Source of the DNA: Octopus sinensis
Taxonomy: Eukaryota
Length of the DNA stretch: 64,000 bases
NCBI RefSeq assembly: GCF_006345805.1
Contig: NC_042999.1
Location: 20,894,001-20,958,000 of the forward strand
Direction of reading: 5' to 3'
Below the pieces are notes generated by a model that worked only from the letters and a program-made list of their open reading frames with translations, made no database searches and had not been told where the DNA came from. Position 1 is the stretch's first letter. Each line of letters opens with the position of its first letter. Position numbers and translations under genes: made by a program. Shown here one piece after another: positions 15,316-27,428 of the stretch.

Positions 15316-15705
15316 GTATATATACATATATATATATCTATATATGTGTGTGTGTGTGTGCATGTGTGTATATTAATATATATATAGATAGATACATATA
15401 GATGGATATAGATATATATAGATAAATACATAGACAGACAGACAGACAAACAGACAGATAGGTAGGTAGGAAGGTAAATAGATTGTTAAATAGAGAGGTA
15501 GATAGATAGATGTATAGATAGATAGAGAGAGAGACAGACAGGCAGACACAGGCTCATAAATAGAGACGGATTGATTGATATACATAGTATACACATATGT
15601 ATGGCTACTTGTGAATATGTGTATATATTAATGTATGTATATATATATATATATATACTCGTGTGTTATGTGAGTTCATATGTTTATATAAGGTAATATC
15701 TATGT

Positions 15706-15748
<43 letters not shown>

Positions 15749-16715
15749 TGTGTGTGTGTATTTTTTATGTATGTATATATAAGCAAAAGTTTATCCTTAC
15801 AAACATATATCTGTTATATATGTATGCATATGTATATGTGTGTTTATTTGTGTGTGCGTCTATGTCTGTGTTTTTGTGTGTGCGTATGTGTGCGTGCGTG
15901 CACGTGCACCTGCGTATATGTGTGCATTGAATCCTACAATCCTATTATCTCTGTTAACCGAAACTTCCAGATTCCTCTGTTTAACATTTACATTCTCTGT
16001 CAATGATATTCTTCATAATATACATCAAACGTGACCTCGGAATATATTGATGCTTGATGGATTGTAAAAGACGGAATATTATGTGTTTTGTGGACAGTAA
16101 AACCTATTCACTAAGGCCGTGCAGCATTGTCGTAAACGCTCAAATTCACTTCTGATGAAAATCTCCTGACTTCAAAAATATTCATTCGCACGTCTAAACT
16201 ATAAATAGAGCCGAAGCTACAAAGCTCATGTGAATAACGATTTTTGCATAGTCACAGGGTCTTAGATCTTATAGCTAAGGTGAAATTGGAAATTATAACG
16301 TTTATATCTATCCGAAGAGAATTATTGACGTAAATGAAAAGTGTCTACCACTGGGAATTAAATTTAGATCACGAACGTTATTCATGAAAAAAGTCCTCTA
16401 TTACACCGAATAATCGTATTAATATTAAATAGATTTTTCTCTGCCTAGTGGTAGTTACAAGGCAAGATTCTAGTGGGATCTTCTTATTAAGTTGATATCA
16501 TAGTTGCAGTATATTACTCATACTATATATAATCAATGACATTCATTAAAATTTCTTACGTTTCTCATAAACCTAGTATATAATACAGTAGAACCTCGGT
16601 TTTCGAATAACTCTGATCACGAATAAATCGTACTTCATCTCTTGTTTTTCTCATATTCATTTAATACAGTAGTACCTCGGTTTACGAACGCTTCTGATCA
16701 CGAAAAAATCGTGCC

Positions 16716-16754
<39 letters not shown>

Positions 16755-16756
<2 letters not shown>

Positions 16757-19700
16757 TATATAAGGGCTTAGTAAAATAAATTACTTTGCCACATACTGAA
16801 CTCATTAGAAATAGCAGCTAAAGAAATTTCTTCAGCTATTTCTAATACTTAAAGAAGATCTCTCTCAGATAGTGTTTGCCTAAACTAACTCACAAAAGTA
16901 TGGGGGAAAAAACATTAAAAAATCAAGTGCAAAGGTTATTTGAGAACGTACGTTTCTAGATTAGTCAATTCCACATTTCTTTCTTCAGCTCAGAATTCCT
17001 TGAATCGGATTTGGGAACACTGAAAGTCGGGAGCATACCCTTTCGGCTTCTAATCACCTCTAGAATTCTGCTCGAACTAAAAGTGCTATCAAATTCGAAT
17101 ATGCAAGCGAAGAATTTCTGCTCTCCCCTTTCCACCAGCGTGGGTTAAAATTGACAAACACCATGTATTAACGGCAAAAACCGCAGCATTTAGCAGAGAA
17201 AGATGAATTATAATTTCAACAATTGAGGGTAAAATTAATTAATTATTAATCAATTTCACCAAGTATTCAGTATGTAAAGGGACCATTATAGGCGAATTCA
17301 AAATATTACATTATATATAAGGGCTTAGTAAAATAAATTACTTTGCCACATACTGAACTCATTAGAAATAGCAGCTAAAGAAATTTCTTCAGCTATTTCA
17401 AATACTTAAAGAAGATCTCTCTCAGATAGTGTTTGCCTAAACTAACTCACAAAAGTATGGGGGAAAAAACATTAAAAAATCAAGTGCAAAGGTTATTTGA
17501 GAACGTACGTTCTAGATTAGTCAATTCCACATTTCTTTCTTCAGCTCAGAATTCCTTGAATCGGATTGGGAACACTGAAAGTCGGGAGCATACCCTTTCG
17601 GCTTCTAATCACCTCTAGAATTCTGCTCGAACTAAAAGTGCTATCAAATTCGAATATGCAAGCGAAGAATTTCTGCTCTCCCCTTTCCACCAGCGTGGGT
17701 TAAAATTGACAAACACCATGTATTAACGGTGAAAACCGCAGCATTTAGCAGAGAAAGATGAATTATAATTTCAACAATTGAGGGTAAAAGTATGGGGGAA
17801 AAAACATTAAAAAATCAAGTGGTGAAATTGATTAATAATTAATTAATTTTACCCTCAATTGTTGAAATTATAATTCATCTTTCTCTGCTAAATGCTGCGG
17901 TTTTCACCGTTAATACATGGTGTTTGTCAATTTTAACCCAAGCTGGTGGAAAGGGGAGAGCAGAAATTCTTCGCTTGCATATTCGAATTTGATAGCACTT
18001 TTAGTTCGAGCAGAATTCTAGAGGTGATTAGAAGCCGAAAGGGTATGCTCCCGACTTTCAGTGTTCCCAAATCCGATTCAAGGAATTCTGAGCTGAAGAA
18101 AGAAATGTGGAATTGACTAATCTAGAAACGTACGTTCTCAAATAACCTTTGCACTTGATTTTTTAATGTTTTTTCCCCCATACTTTTGTGAGTTAGTTTA
18201 GGCAAACACTATCTGAGAGAGATCTTCTTTAAGTATTAGAAATAGCTGAAGAAATTTCTTTAGCTGCTATTTCTAATGAGTTCAGTATGTGGCAAAGTAA
18301 TTTATTTTACTAAGCCCTTATATATAATGTAATATTTTGAATTCGCCTATAATGGTCCCTTTACATACTGAATACTTGGTGAAATTGATTAATAATTAAT
18401 TAATTTTACCCTCAATTGTTGAAATTATAATTCATCTTTCTCTGCTAAATGCTGCGGTTTTCGCCGTTAATACATGGTGTTTGTCAATTTTAACCCACGC
18501 TGGTGGAAAGGGGAGAGCAGAAATTCTTCGCTTGCATATTCGAATTTGATAGCACTTTTAGTTCGAGCAGAATTCTAGAGGTGATTAGAAGCCGAAAGGG
18601 TATGCTCCCGACTTTCAGTGTTCCCAAATCCGATTCAAGGAATTCTGAGCTGAAGAAAGAAATGTGGAATTGACTAATCTAGAAACGTACGTTCTCAAAT
18701 AACCTTTGCACTTGATTTTTTAATGTTTTTTCCCCCATACTTTTGTGAGTTAGTTTAGGCAAACACTATCTGAGAGAGATCTTCTTTAAGTATTAGAAAT
18801 AGCTGAAGAAATTTCTTTAGCTGCTATTTCTAATGAGTTCAGTATGTGGCAAAGTAATTTATTTTACTAAGCCCTTATATATAATGTAATATTTTGAATT
18901 CGCCTATAATGGTCCCTTTACATACTGAATACTTGGTGAAATTGATTAATAATTAATTAATTTTACCCTCAATTGTTGAAATTATAATTCATCTTTCTCT
19001 GCTAAATGCTGCGGTTTTCGCCGTTAATACATGGTGTTTGTCAATTTTAACCCACGCTGGTGGAAAGGGGAGAGCAGAAATTCTTCGCTTGCATATTCGA
19101 ATTTGATAGCACTTTTAGTTCGAGCAGAATTCTAGAGGTGATTAGAAGCCGAAAGGGTATGCTCCCGACTTTCAGTGTTCCCAAATCCGATTCAAGGAAT
19201 TCTGAGCTGAAGAAAGAAATGTGGAATTGACTAATCTAGAAACGTACGTTCTCAAATAACCTTTGCACTTGATTTTTTAATGTTTTTTCCCCCATACTTT
19301 TGTGAGTTAGTTTAGGCAAACACTATCTGAGAGAGATCTTCTTTAAGTATTAGAAATAGCTGAAGAAATTTCTTTAGCTGCTATTTCTAATGAGTTCAGT
19401 ATGTGGCAAAGTAATTTATTTTACTAAGCCCTTATATATAATGTAATATTTTGAATTCGCCTATAATGGTCCCTTTCATACTGAATACTTGGTGAAATTG
19501 ATTAATAATTAATTAATTTTACCCTCAATTGTTGAAATTATAATTCATCTTTCTCTGCTAAATGCTGCGGTTTTCACCGTTAATATATGGTGTTTGTCAA
19601 TTTTAACCCACGCTGGTGGAAAGGGGAGAGCAGAAATTCTTCGCTTGCATATTCGAATTTGATAGCACTTTTAATTCGAGCAGAATTCTAGAGGTGATTA

Positions 19701-20091
19701 GAAGCCGAAAGGGTATGCTCCCGACTTTCAGTGTTCCCAAATCCGATTCAAGGAATTCTGAGCTGAAGAAAGAAATGTCGAATTGACTAATCTAGAAACG
19801 TACGTTCTCAAATAACCTTTGCACTTGATTTTTTATGTTTTTTCCCCCATACTTTTGTGAGTTAGTTTAGGCAAACACTATCTGAGAGAGATCTTTAAGT
19901 ATTAGAAATAGCTGAAGAAATTTCTTTCTTTAGCTGCTATTTCTAATGAGTTCAGTATGTGGCAAAGTAATTTATTTTACTAAGCCCTTATATATAATGT
20001 AATATTTTGAATTCGCCTATAATGGTCCCTTTACATACTGAATACTTGGTGAAATTGATTAATAATTAATTAATTTTACCCTCAATTGTTG

Positions 20092-20095
<4 letters not shown>
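16755..20095. repeat. 557-bp tandem array with internal inversion (~1.9 forward units, then ~4.1 inverted units)
   Basis: GGGCTTAG at 16764 and 17321 (period 557). Inverted units start GGTGAAATTG at 17821, 18378, 18935, 19491 and 20048 (557/557/556/557). Units differ at only a few positions. Both ends abut (TA)n. Confidence 0.95.
18089..18140 (+). ncRNA. Type I hammerhead-ribozyme-like motif in each 557-bp unit (also 18646-18697, 19203-19254, 19759-19810 on +; 16941-16992 and a damaged 17498-17548 on -)
   Basis: UGAG-CUGAAGA-A-AGA-(17 nt)-UCU-A-GAAA-CGUACGUU-CUCA. Stem I is UGAG/CUCA, the core is CUGANGA...GAAA, stem III is the palindrome AACGUACGUU with a GUU triplet. The base of stem II is a non-canonical A-A pair. 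Confidence 0.55.
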
Positions 20096-20132
<37 letters not shown>

Positions 20133-20208
20133 TTAAATTTAAAGTAGTATGGGGGAAAATTGAATATCAATTTGATTCATATCAATTTAAAACCAGTGGT
20201 TTAGCATG

Positions 20209-20251
<43 letters not shown>

Positions 20252-20255
<4 letters not shown>

Positions 20256-20441
20256 TCGCCATGATAGATCGTTAGCCACTACACACATTTTTTTGTCTCG
20301 TTGTTTTTTTCTGTGTCCCTTTCTGTAGTAGAGCATAGGCCCGAAACGTAAAAGACTTTTTCAATTCCTGAGCATTATACTAATACATCTGTTTGTTTTG
20401 TATACCAACTGTCTTCATCTTTTGTCTTTTTCGTAAACTCT

Positions 20442-20445
<4 letters not shown>
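20252..20445 (+). mobile_element. Short (TA)n-flanked repeat with hammerhead-like fold (second copy at 34318-34503)
   Basis: The two copies share GATCG.TA.CCACTAC...CTTTCTGT.G.AGA.C.TAGGC.CGAAACGT.AA.GACTTTTTCAATTCC.GAGC.TTATACTAATACATCTGTTTG...CTCCCTATA. The two-copy consensus gives stem I CUUU/AAAG and stem II GAGC/GCUC, but core position A6 is U in both. Confidence 0.6.
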
Positions 20446-20476
<31 letters not shown>

Positions 20477-20477
20477 G

Positions 20478-22290
20478 CACGATTTATTCGTGATCATAGG
20501 CGTTCTAAAACCGAGCCGAGGTACTACTGTAATCAGAAATGAATATCTATGTTGCTATGCTATATCACAAACTACTTAATTAATAATGTCTTCAAATACA
20601 TATGCATTCTCCTTTGGTCTACCAACTTACCAATTATCCTATTCAGTAACCCGCCTCACTTACATTTTACGGTTTAATTTATCTAAACAGCATAACCATC
20701 TCCAAGATATTGCACACTAAACTATTCCTTAAATAATTCTTCCTCTTAGCATTAAATGTCTTGCATGTAACTGTTTCTACAGACTTTGACCAGTGTGTCA
20801 ATAAAAGAAGCTGAATATCAACTGAGTATGAACATATTCATGGAGTACAAAAGTACAAACTATTGAAACATTCCTTCTAATTCCTCCGTCTATTCCACGC
20901 ATACTGTTACCCATTACATGCGTGAATTACAATCCTATTCGAAAATTAGCATAAAATGCTACATGTAACGGTAGCATTTTATGCTAATTTTTGAATATAT
21001 ACGTATGTTCAGTTATGTGCTTTATGCTATTATTTAACTGTAAAAGTACAAGAAAGAAACCCTCTTCATAAAATCTCACATTTCTTTTCTTATATAGAAT
21101 TACCGCACACATTGTAAATATAGTTTTTCTCATTTAAATATCATATAATGCATGAATTATATTGTATTATATAGAAGAGGTTAAACGTCTGATTTATCCA
21201 GGCAATTCTTTGTTTTCTAAATAACAAGCAGAATAGCTTACACAAATCTAGGTCGAGTGAAATCTTTTTCTATGTCGCCAATGGCAAAAGCATGTAATAC
21301 TTCTGTCAACAACAAAGGCTTTCATTATTTGTAGGTTCATTTTCCATGTCATGTACTCAGTGACTTCATGTAAAACTATATACTACATATAAACTTAATT
21401 GCTGCCCTGTGGATCTCTTACCATACAATTGTCAACAGGTTGAGTGCCATGCGTTAATCGTTTTCGTGCAGTCCCTCACTCCATCTCAAATAACCAAGTT
21501 AATGCGTGGTATTTCTAATTCTTAAACATTATCCCAGCAAAACAAAAAGTAATTTTCAAATTTCCAGTAACATCTTAAGGAGATGCACATTTTCCTATTT
21601 CTTCGAAAACAAAACATTATTGGTCCATAAACAGTAAGTAATGTATTCCAAACAAGAAATATTTTCTTAAATTGATTTTTCGTTCGTATGTCTTAAGTGA
21701 TACGCATGCCATAGAGACACATGAATTCGAACTAGTGAGGGAGTGAATATGAGGTTTTTTGCCCTGCAAGAGATGGTTGTCATATCTTTCTCATTTGTGC
21801 CAACGTATTAAGAATTAAAGAACATGTTACATAAACCACTCATAACAATATTCCTATGAAACAAGCAGAATTCCTGTCTCTGATAAATCTGCTCGGTCAG
21901 GATTTCCTCGAGGTATTAGAAGGAATATTTCAATATTTTGTAATTTCGTACTCAGTTGATATTCAGTTTTTTTTTTGACACTGGCCAAAGTCTGTAGAAA
22001 CAGTTACACCCAAGAAATGTAATGGTAAGAGGAAGAATGATTTAAAGAATAGTTTGGTGTGCAATATCTTGGAGATGGTTATGTTGTTTAGATAAATTAA
22101 ACGTAAGATGTACGCGAGGCGAGTTCGCTGAACAACATGTTCAGTAAATTGGTAGACCAGAGGAAAATGCATATGTATTTGAATACGTTATTAAGCAGTG
22201 TGTGAGATAGCATAACACCAGAGATATTCTTTTCAGATTACAGTAGTACCTCAGTTTTAGAACGCCTATGATCACGAATAAATCGTGCTT
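20478..22290. repeat. Inverted duplication (~400-bp arms, roughly 80-85% identity, ~1-kb spacer) ending in Tigger-like termini
   Basis: 20478-~20885 is the reverse complement of ~21905-22290, e.g. AACCATCTCCAAGATATTGCACAC versus GTGTGCAATATCTTGGAGATGGTT. Identity estimated by eye. Confidence 0.85.
20936..20997. other. 27-bp-stem hairpin with 8-nt loop
   Basis: TATTCGAAAATTAGCATAAAATGCTAC-ATGTAACG-GTAGCATTTTATGCTAATTTTTGAATA. The single non-Watson-Crick pair is G-U on the + strand RNA. Confidence 0.9.
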
Positions 22291-22297
22291 AATATAT

Positions 22298-22377
<80 letters not shown>

Positions 22378-24708
22378 TCAAAGAAATCCTTCTCTACCAA
22401 ATTGTCAAGCTTATATATGTCAGCAGAATTTTTTCAATATAATTACCTTTTCCCTGCGCAATACTGTTCAGCCGGTGGTGCCCTATCAAGCTCTGATCTA
22501 TATACGTTCCTCATAAAACCTCTACAGCGATCTAATTTAACAGCTAGGTAATTACTGTCAGATTCTTTATAAATTGGCAGAATCGTTAGAGCATCGAACA
22601 GAACGCATTAGTCTTTACGTCCTTGACTATGGATTTTTTGCTTTTCCAAGATCGCCAGTCCTATTGTGGGTTAAATGGGTAAACTCCTGCCATCGTATTT
22701 CATGCATTGTGCCTACATAAGAGACAGTTATTTGCTGAGGCGTTTAAGAGTATTATAACTTATCACTTATTTTTCATGCCTTTTCTACATGGCGTCCAAC
22801 ACTTCGATGTGTCTGTTTGAAACAAATGTAAGATTTGGAATTAAATGAAACATTTGTTGGTCCCAACCAAACAGCATTTAAAGCTCTTCTTTAATCAGTG
22901 TCTTAAAAATAACTCGTTGCCCACAGGCAATCGCTCATTTGCTTTCATTCTACGTATAATTTCCTTTCAGCCTGCGTATGACAAATTAGCACTAAACACA
23001 ATATTGACTAAAGTTGTCTATTTATCTTCTAACAAGAAAATAGAACATGAGCCTTTTCTTTCAAAAAACGAAAAGGTTATCGATTTGGATGTATCACTTC
23101 TTTCTTAATCTAAGTTTTTCACTGCAAAACCGAAGATGCTTGTGTATTGATGCGTATGTAGTTATCTCAATGTGTGTGTTTATTATTCGTATCGCATGTC
23201 AAAACACACTTGCAACTGCGTAGAATTTTAAATGTAACTATAAAACTTTAGCGAATTTGTCATATTCAGAGAGAAAAAAAATAACATTCTTTTAAATTCC
23301 AGCGTGTGCCATATATAGCCAAGGGACATACGTCCTAAAAGTGATGCACCGACGTGAAGATGAATTGATGTCTTTTAGGCTTATAGCTTAATATTTCCCC
23401 GACATATGTGATATCAATTTGTGTAGTTGAGCCGAATCTTTGAATGAGAAAATCCTACTGATTAACTAGGCTTGATAGGCCTCAGGCTGGTAAATTTAAA
23501 CATTAAGAGCATAGATGGCAGCTGAAATAAAACTAGAAGTAAATTTCGTTTCATTAGTGGGATTCATGGGAGAAAAGTATAGAAAGACAAACTAACAGAT
23601 GCTTAACAATATACTTTACCATTTTTTTTATATAAATCTTTCAACAAGCAGGACATTAGAACTTTTAAATGTTATTCTCTATTTTATTTATTTATTTATA
23701 TATTTTGTACATCTTTGTCAAGAGAAGAAAATTTCGCTTTCACTTAATTGTATGTTTTACAATAGCCTTGTGAAAGTAAAGACACAGAAGGAAAAAATAA
23801 AATAAATTTTAGAAAATAGACATCGAAAATACTGAAGATAACTTTATAGCTTGCGGCAAAGTTGTGAGAACATTATCCATTTCCACGTTATTTTATTTAT
23901 ATTTTTTTATTCAACCACCAGAAACCAAATCCATGTTAGCGAAATAATAGCAATAATTAGATAGCAACGCAGTAAGAATACGAAGAGAAAGTTTTGATTC
24001 GCTTTTTAGAATAGCTTTTGTATGCAACCGAAGGCATTTACGGAAGACTGCTATTCAAGGTCAGTCAATTCGCCTCTCTGTGAGATCAACCAGTAATGGT
24101 TAGATTGTGAAAGTCTCTAGGCGAGAAAGTGGTTAGATATGGATCGTGTTGATGATGTGGTTCTTTATCTTTCACTTTAGTTGTTTGTTTATCGGGGCAT
24201 GCCTTCCTCTGAAACGATGGATGTAAAGTGTTGCTAATGCATTAAGTGTCAATGTAATGACCGCAACTGTAATGGCCGCTGCTGAAACAGCAATAGAAAG
24301 GTGGGGACAAGAATAGATAACAACGATTCCATTAGATATTGACGTGGCGGCTTTCTTTCTCTCTTGAGAAAATGAGCGAAGAATTTTCTAATTCAGTCTT
24401 CACTGTTCTGTTACTTTCTATATTTAAAAACGTGGGGAAATAAAGAGAAAGATTCGATAGTGTTAGTTTATATAACATGGTTTTAGAAAAGAAGTTTCGG
24501 TTAACTAACTTAACTCAGTTTAAGGTGCAAGTAAGATATATTATTCTCTTCGTTCGTGGCTATTATATGTTTAGAAGAATGAACTAGAAATGTTCGCCTT
24601 CCATCAGATGTGTTCCCGAATGGCTATGTGTGTATTTCTCTCTCAATACGTGTCCAAGTGTCCTTGTTCTAACATTCATAGACGAATGAAAATTTATCAA
24701 TATCGTAA

Positions 24709-25104
24709 TACTAGCAGTATCGCCCGGCGTTGCTCGTGATTTTTTCGACCCTTTAGAATTGGAAGTTTTGAAAAGTAAAACTTTTGCATTATGTCGCTTG
24801 TTATTCTCTTTAAGTGAACATTTTTCTGGTTGAAAGGCACCGAAAAATAGCGACACAGCAGTCAAAAAATCGTAAAAAATAGGGATTTTCATGGGAAAAA
24901 GCACCTGATTGATGTAAATAACTTTTGGTCTTAACATGGTCTTATTTCAATTTTATCTTCTACGGAATAAAGAGCAAGCCGTCTTCTATCACACTCTCAA
25001 TTTCGGTCCACACATGCCGCAGGGTCTCGGAGGAGATAGTGTTAGTTGAAGGTTACCAAACCTGCGACACACAGACAACTTCAGCTGTATATATATATAT
25101 AGAT
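24709..25104 (+). mobile_element. Non-autonomous Helitron/Helentron-like element
   Basis: Starts ACTAGCAGTATCGCCCGGCGTTGCTCG and ends CACACA.ACAACT...TATATATAGAT. Shares termini with copies at 35316 and 44345. The superfamily is inferred from resemblance to Lep1/DINE-like ends. Confidence 0.6.
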
Positions 25105-25518
25105 AAACAACGCTTGTTGATATGCTATGTCTATATACAACAAAATGTTATAAAAATGAGACGTAATACAATTATGTAGGTAATACATTTGAATAAATAT
25201 TCCTTATAATATCGTATTTCAGCTATATGTTATAAAAAAAGTTCCAGCTCGTCACGGATAAACCTAGTCGGGGTATTTATGAAAATTTTATATTGATATA
25301 AAAGATAACTAAGACTTCAAATGGAAGAGGAATAAATAACAATAGACTAACAATAACATTATTGGTATAGGATCTCATATCTGCAATATAATGGTATTTT
25401 ATCCTTTACTTAATTTCGATACAAAAAGCTTTCTAACAGGATATTTCCCAGCCGTTTTATTGTTTTCTTAGGCAATCTCTCTCTCTCTGTCCTTCAGTCT
25501 CTCTTTCCCTTTCTCTCT

Positions 25519-25614
<96 letters not shown>

Positions 25615-25805
25615 TATATAGGTACTCAACGTCACTAAACGTAAACAATATGAAATACGAAGACAAACTTTTTATGCGAATAACTAGAGAAACAAATGTA
25701 AAACAAAACAAGTAACTTAAAGAACGACCCATCATCGATTGTCGGCTGCTTATCCTCTCCACATTTCGAGTAATTCACATACACACACACACATATATAT
25801 ATGTT

Positions 25806-25853
<48 letters not shown>

Positions 25854-25885
25854 ATATATATATAAATACGTACTTATATATATAT

Positions 25886-25939
<54 letters not shown>

Positions 25940-25955
25940 GAATATATATATTATA

Positions 25956-26030
<75 letters not shown>

Positions 26031-26526
26031 ACTGTAGTCTTATCTCTAATGATACAACAATATGTCCGTTTCATTCATGAGTACGTTTCGAAATGAAGAT
26101 CCATTTGCTAATCTTACACTGCTTATTTCTTTCTTTTCATAATCTCCTATAATTCCGTTCATCCTGAAGGTGTCTGGCCCAATTGTTAAGATTTCGTATT
26201 CACGATCCGCACAATATCATGCTTTCTATTCCGGGGCTGGGTGGTGAGTTGTGTTCTTGAGGAAAGGACTTCATTTCACATTCATCTACCCCATTCAGCC
26301 GTATATTATTAACCCTGCAACTGTTTGATGTTGGGAAAGGGTACGTTGTGAGTTCAATCCCTTCTACGAGAACAAGGACCGTGCATCCAGTCCTATGATC
26401 CTAGAACTGTAGTACATTTGATAGAAAAGCACGGTATACTAGATGTAACAATCTTATTTAGTTAGCAAAACCTTCCATAATGGAACTCTCTACTGAACTA
26501 CATATTGCTTTTCATGTGATATATAC

Positions 26527-26923
26527 TCTTTTACTCTTTTACTTGTTTTAGTCATTTGACTGCGGCCGTGCTGGAGCACCGCCTTTAGTCAACCAAATTG
26601 ACTCCAGGACTTATTCTTTGTAAGCCTAGTACTTATTCTATCGGACACTTTTGCCGAACCGCTAAGTTACGGTTGTTAAGCGATGTTGGGGGCACAAAAA
26701 CAGACACAGAAACATACATACACACATACGCATATATATATATATATGTACATATATACGACGGGCTTCTTTTCAGTTTCCGTCTACCAAATCCTCTCGC
26801 AAGGCTTTGGTCGACCCGAGGCTATAGTAGAAGACACTTGCCCAATGTACCATGCAGTAGGAATGGACCCGGAACCATGTGGCTGGTAAGCAAGCTACTT
26901 ACCACACAGCCACTCCTACGCCT
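26527..26923 (-). mobile_element. Family B SINE
   Basis: Full-length homology to 1273-1724. Confidence 0.85.
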
Positions 26924-27177
26924 AATGCTAACCTCACCTAAATCTTGCTGATTCGTTTCAATAGTTTTATATCCTTGTATGTTGGATATATAATACAACG
27001 AAGCAGAGGGGACAGAAAGAATTTATATGACGCACTACTATTACTATTACACGAGACTCAACGCTCTTAGCCACGTCTCGCAGTGAACTGCTTACCAACC
27101 CAAAACTTTGACGACTCGACAGTTGTCTAGTTAATAGAAATATCTCAGTTCACTTTTAGTCATATGAATGAAATAAA

Positions 27178-27428
27178 AAAATGCGCCCTTTTAAAGCCTA
27201 GCCAAGCTCATGGGCCCAGTTTCCCGGTTTCTATGGCGTATGTGCTCCCTGCTGGACGGGACGTCAGTCCATCGCAGTGTTACTCATTTTTGCCAGCTGA
27301 GTGGACTGGAGCAACGTGAAATATAGTGTTTTGCTCAAGAACACAACGCGTCGTCCGGTCCAGGAATCGAAACCACAATCTTACGATCATGATGCTGACA
27401 CCCTAACCACTAAGCCACGCGCTTCCAC
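27178..27428 (-). mobile_element. tRNA-derived SINE (family C)
   Basis: Minus strand GTGGAAGCGCGTGGCTTAGTGGTTAGGGTGTCAGC...GGTTTCGATTCC (A/B boxes). Homologous to 51728-51980 and 52180-52385. Confidence 0.85.

Larger units (their letters stand above)
16586..20532. mobile_element. Tigger/pogo-like MITE ends enclosing the 557-bp array
   Basis: Two tandem left ends TA|CAGTAG(A/T)ACCTCGGTTT.CGAA...TGATCACGAA.AAATCGT at ~16586 and ~16667. Matching right end ACGATTTATTCGTGATCA...CCGAGGTACTACTG|TA at 20480-20532. TA flanks and CAGT-starting TIRs are typical of the pogo/Tigger group. Confidence 0.6.

Noticed and set aside
16755-20095. Array as CRISPR or as a protein-coding repeat (61-aa ORF at 17433)
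   Set aside because: Whole units are identical with no unique spacers and no cas genes. The ORF depends on indels specific to one unit.
21963-22172. 69-aa ORF in the right arm of the inverted duplication
   Set aside because: The paralogous left arm has an early stop in this frame, and both arms share stops on the other strand.
24100-24425. Minus-strand acceptor-like site followed by hydrophobic short ORFs (MESLLSILVPTFLLLF...; SIAVSAAAITVAVITLTLNAL...)
   Set aside because: The frames are short and mutually inconsistent, with no convincing donor or recognisable homology.
26075-26125. Possible further hammerhead relic on the minus strand (stem AAAUG/CAUUU, GAAACGUA)
   Set aside because: The CUGANGA half and stem I are not recognisable.
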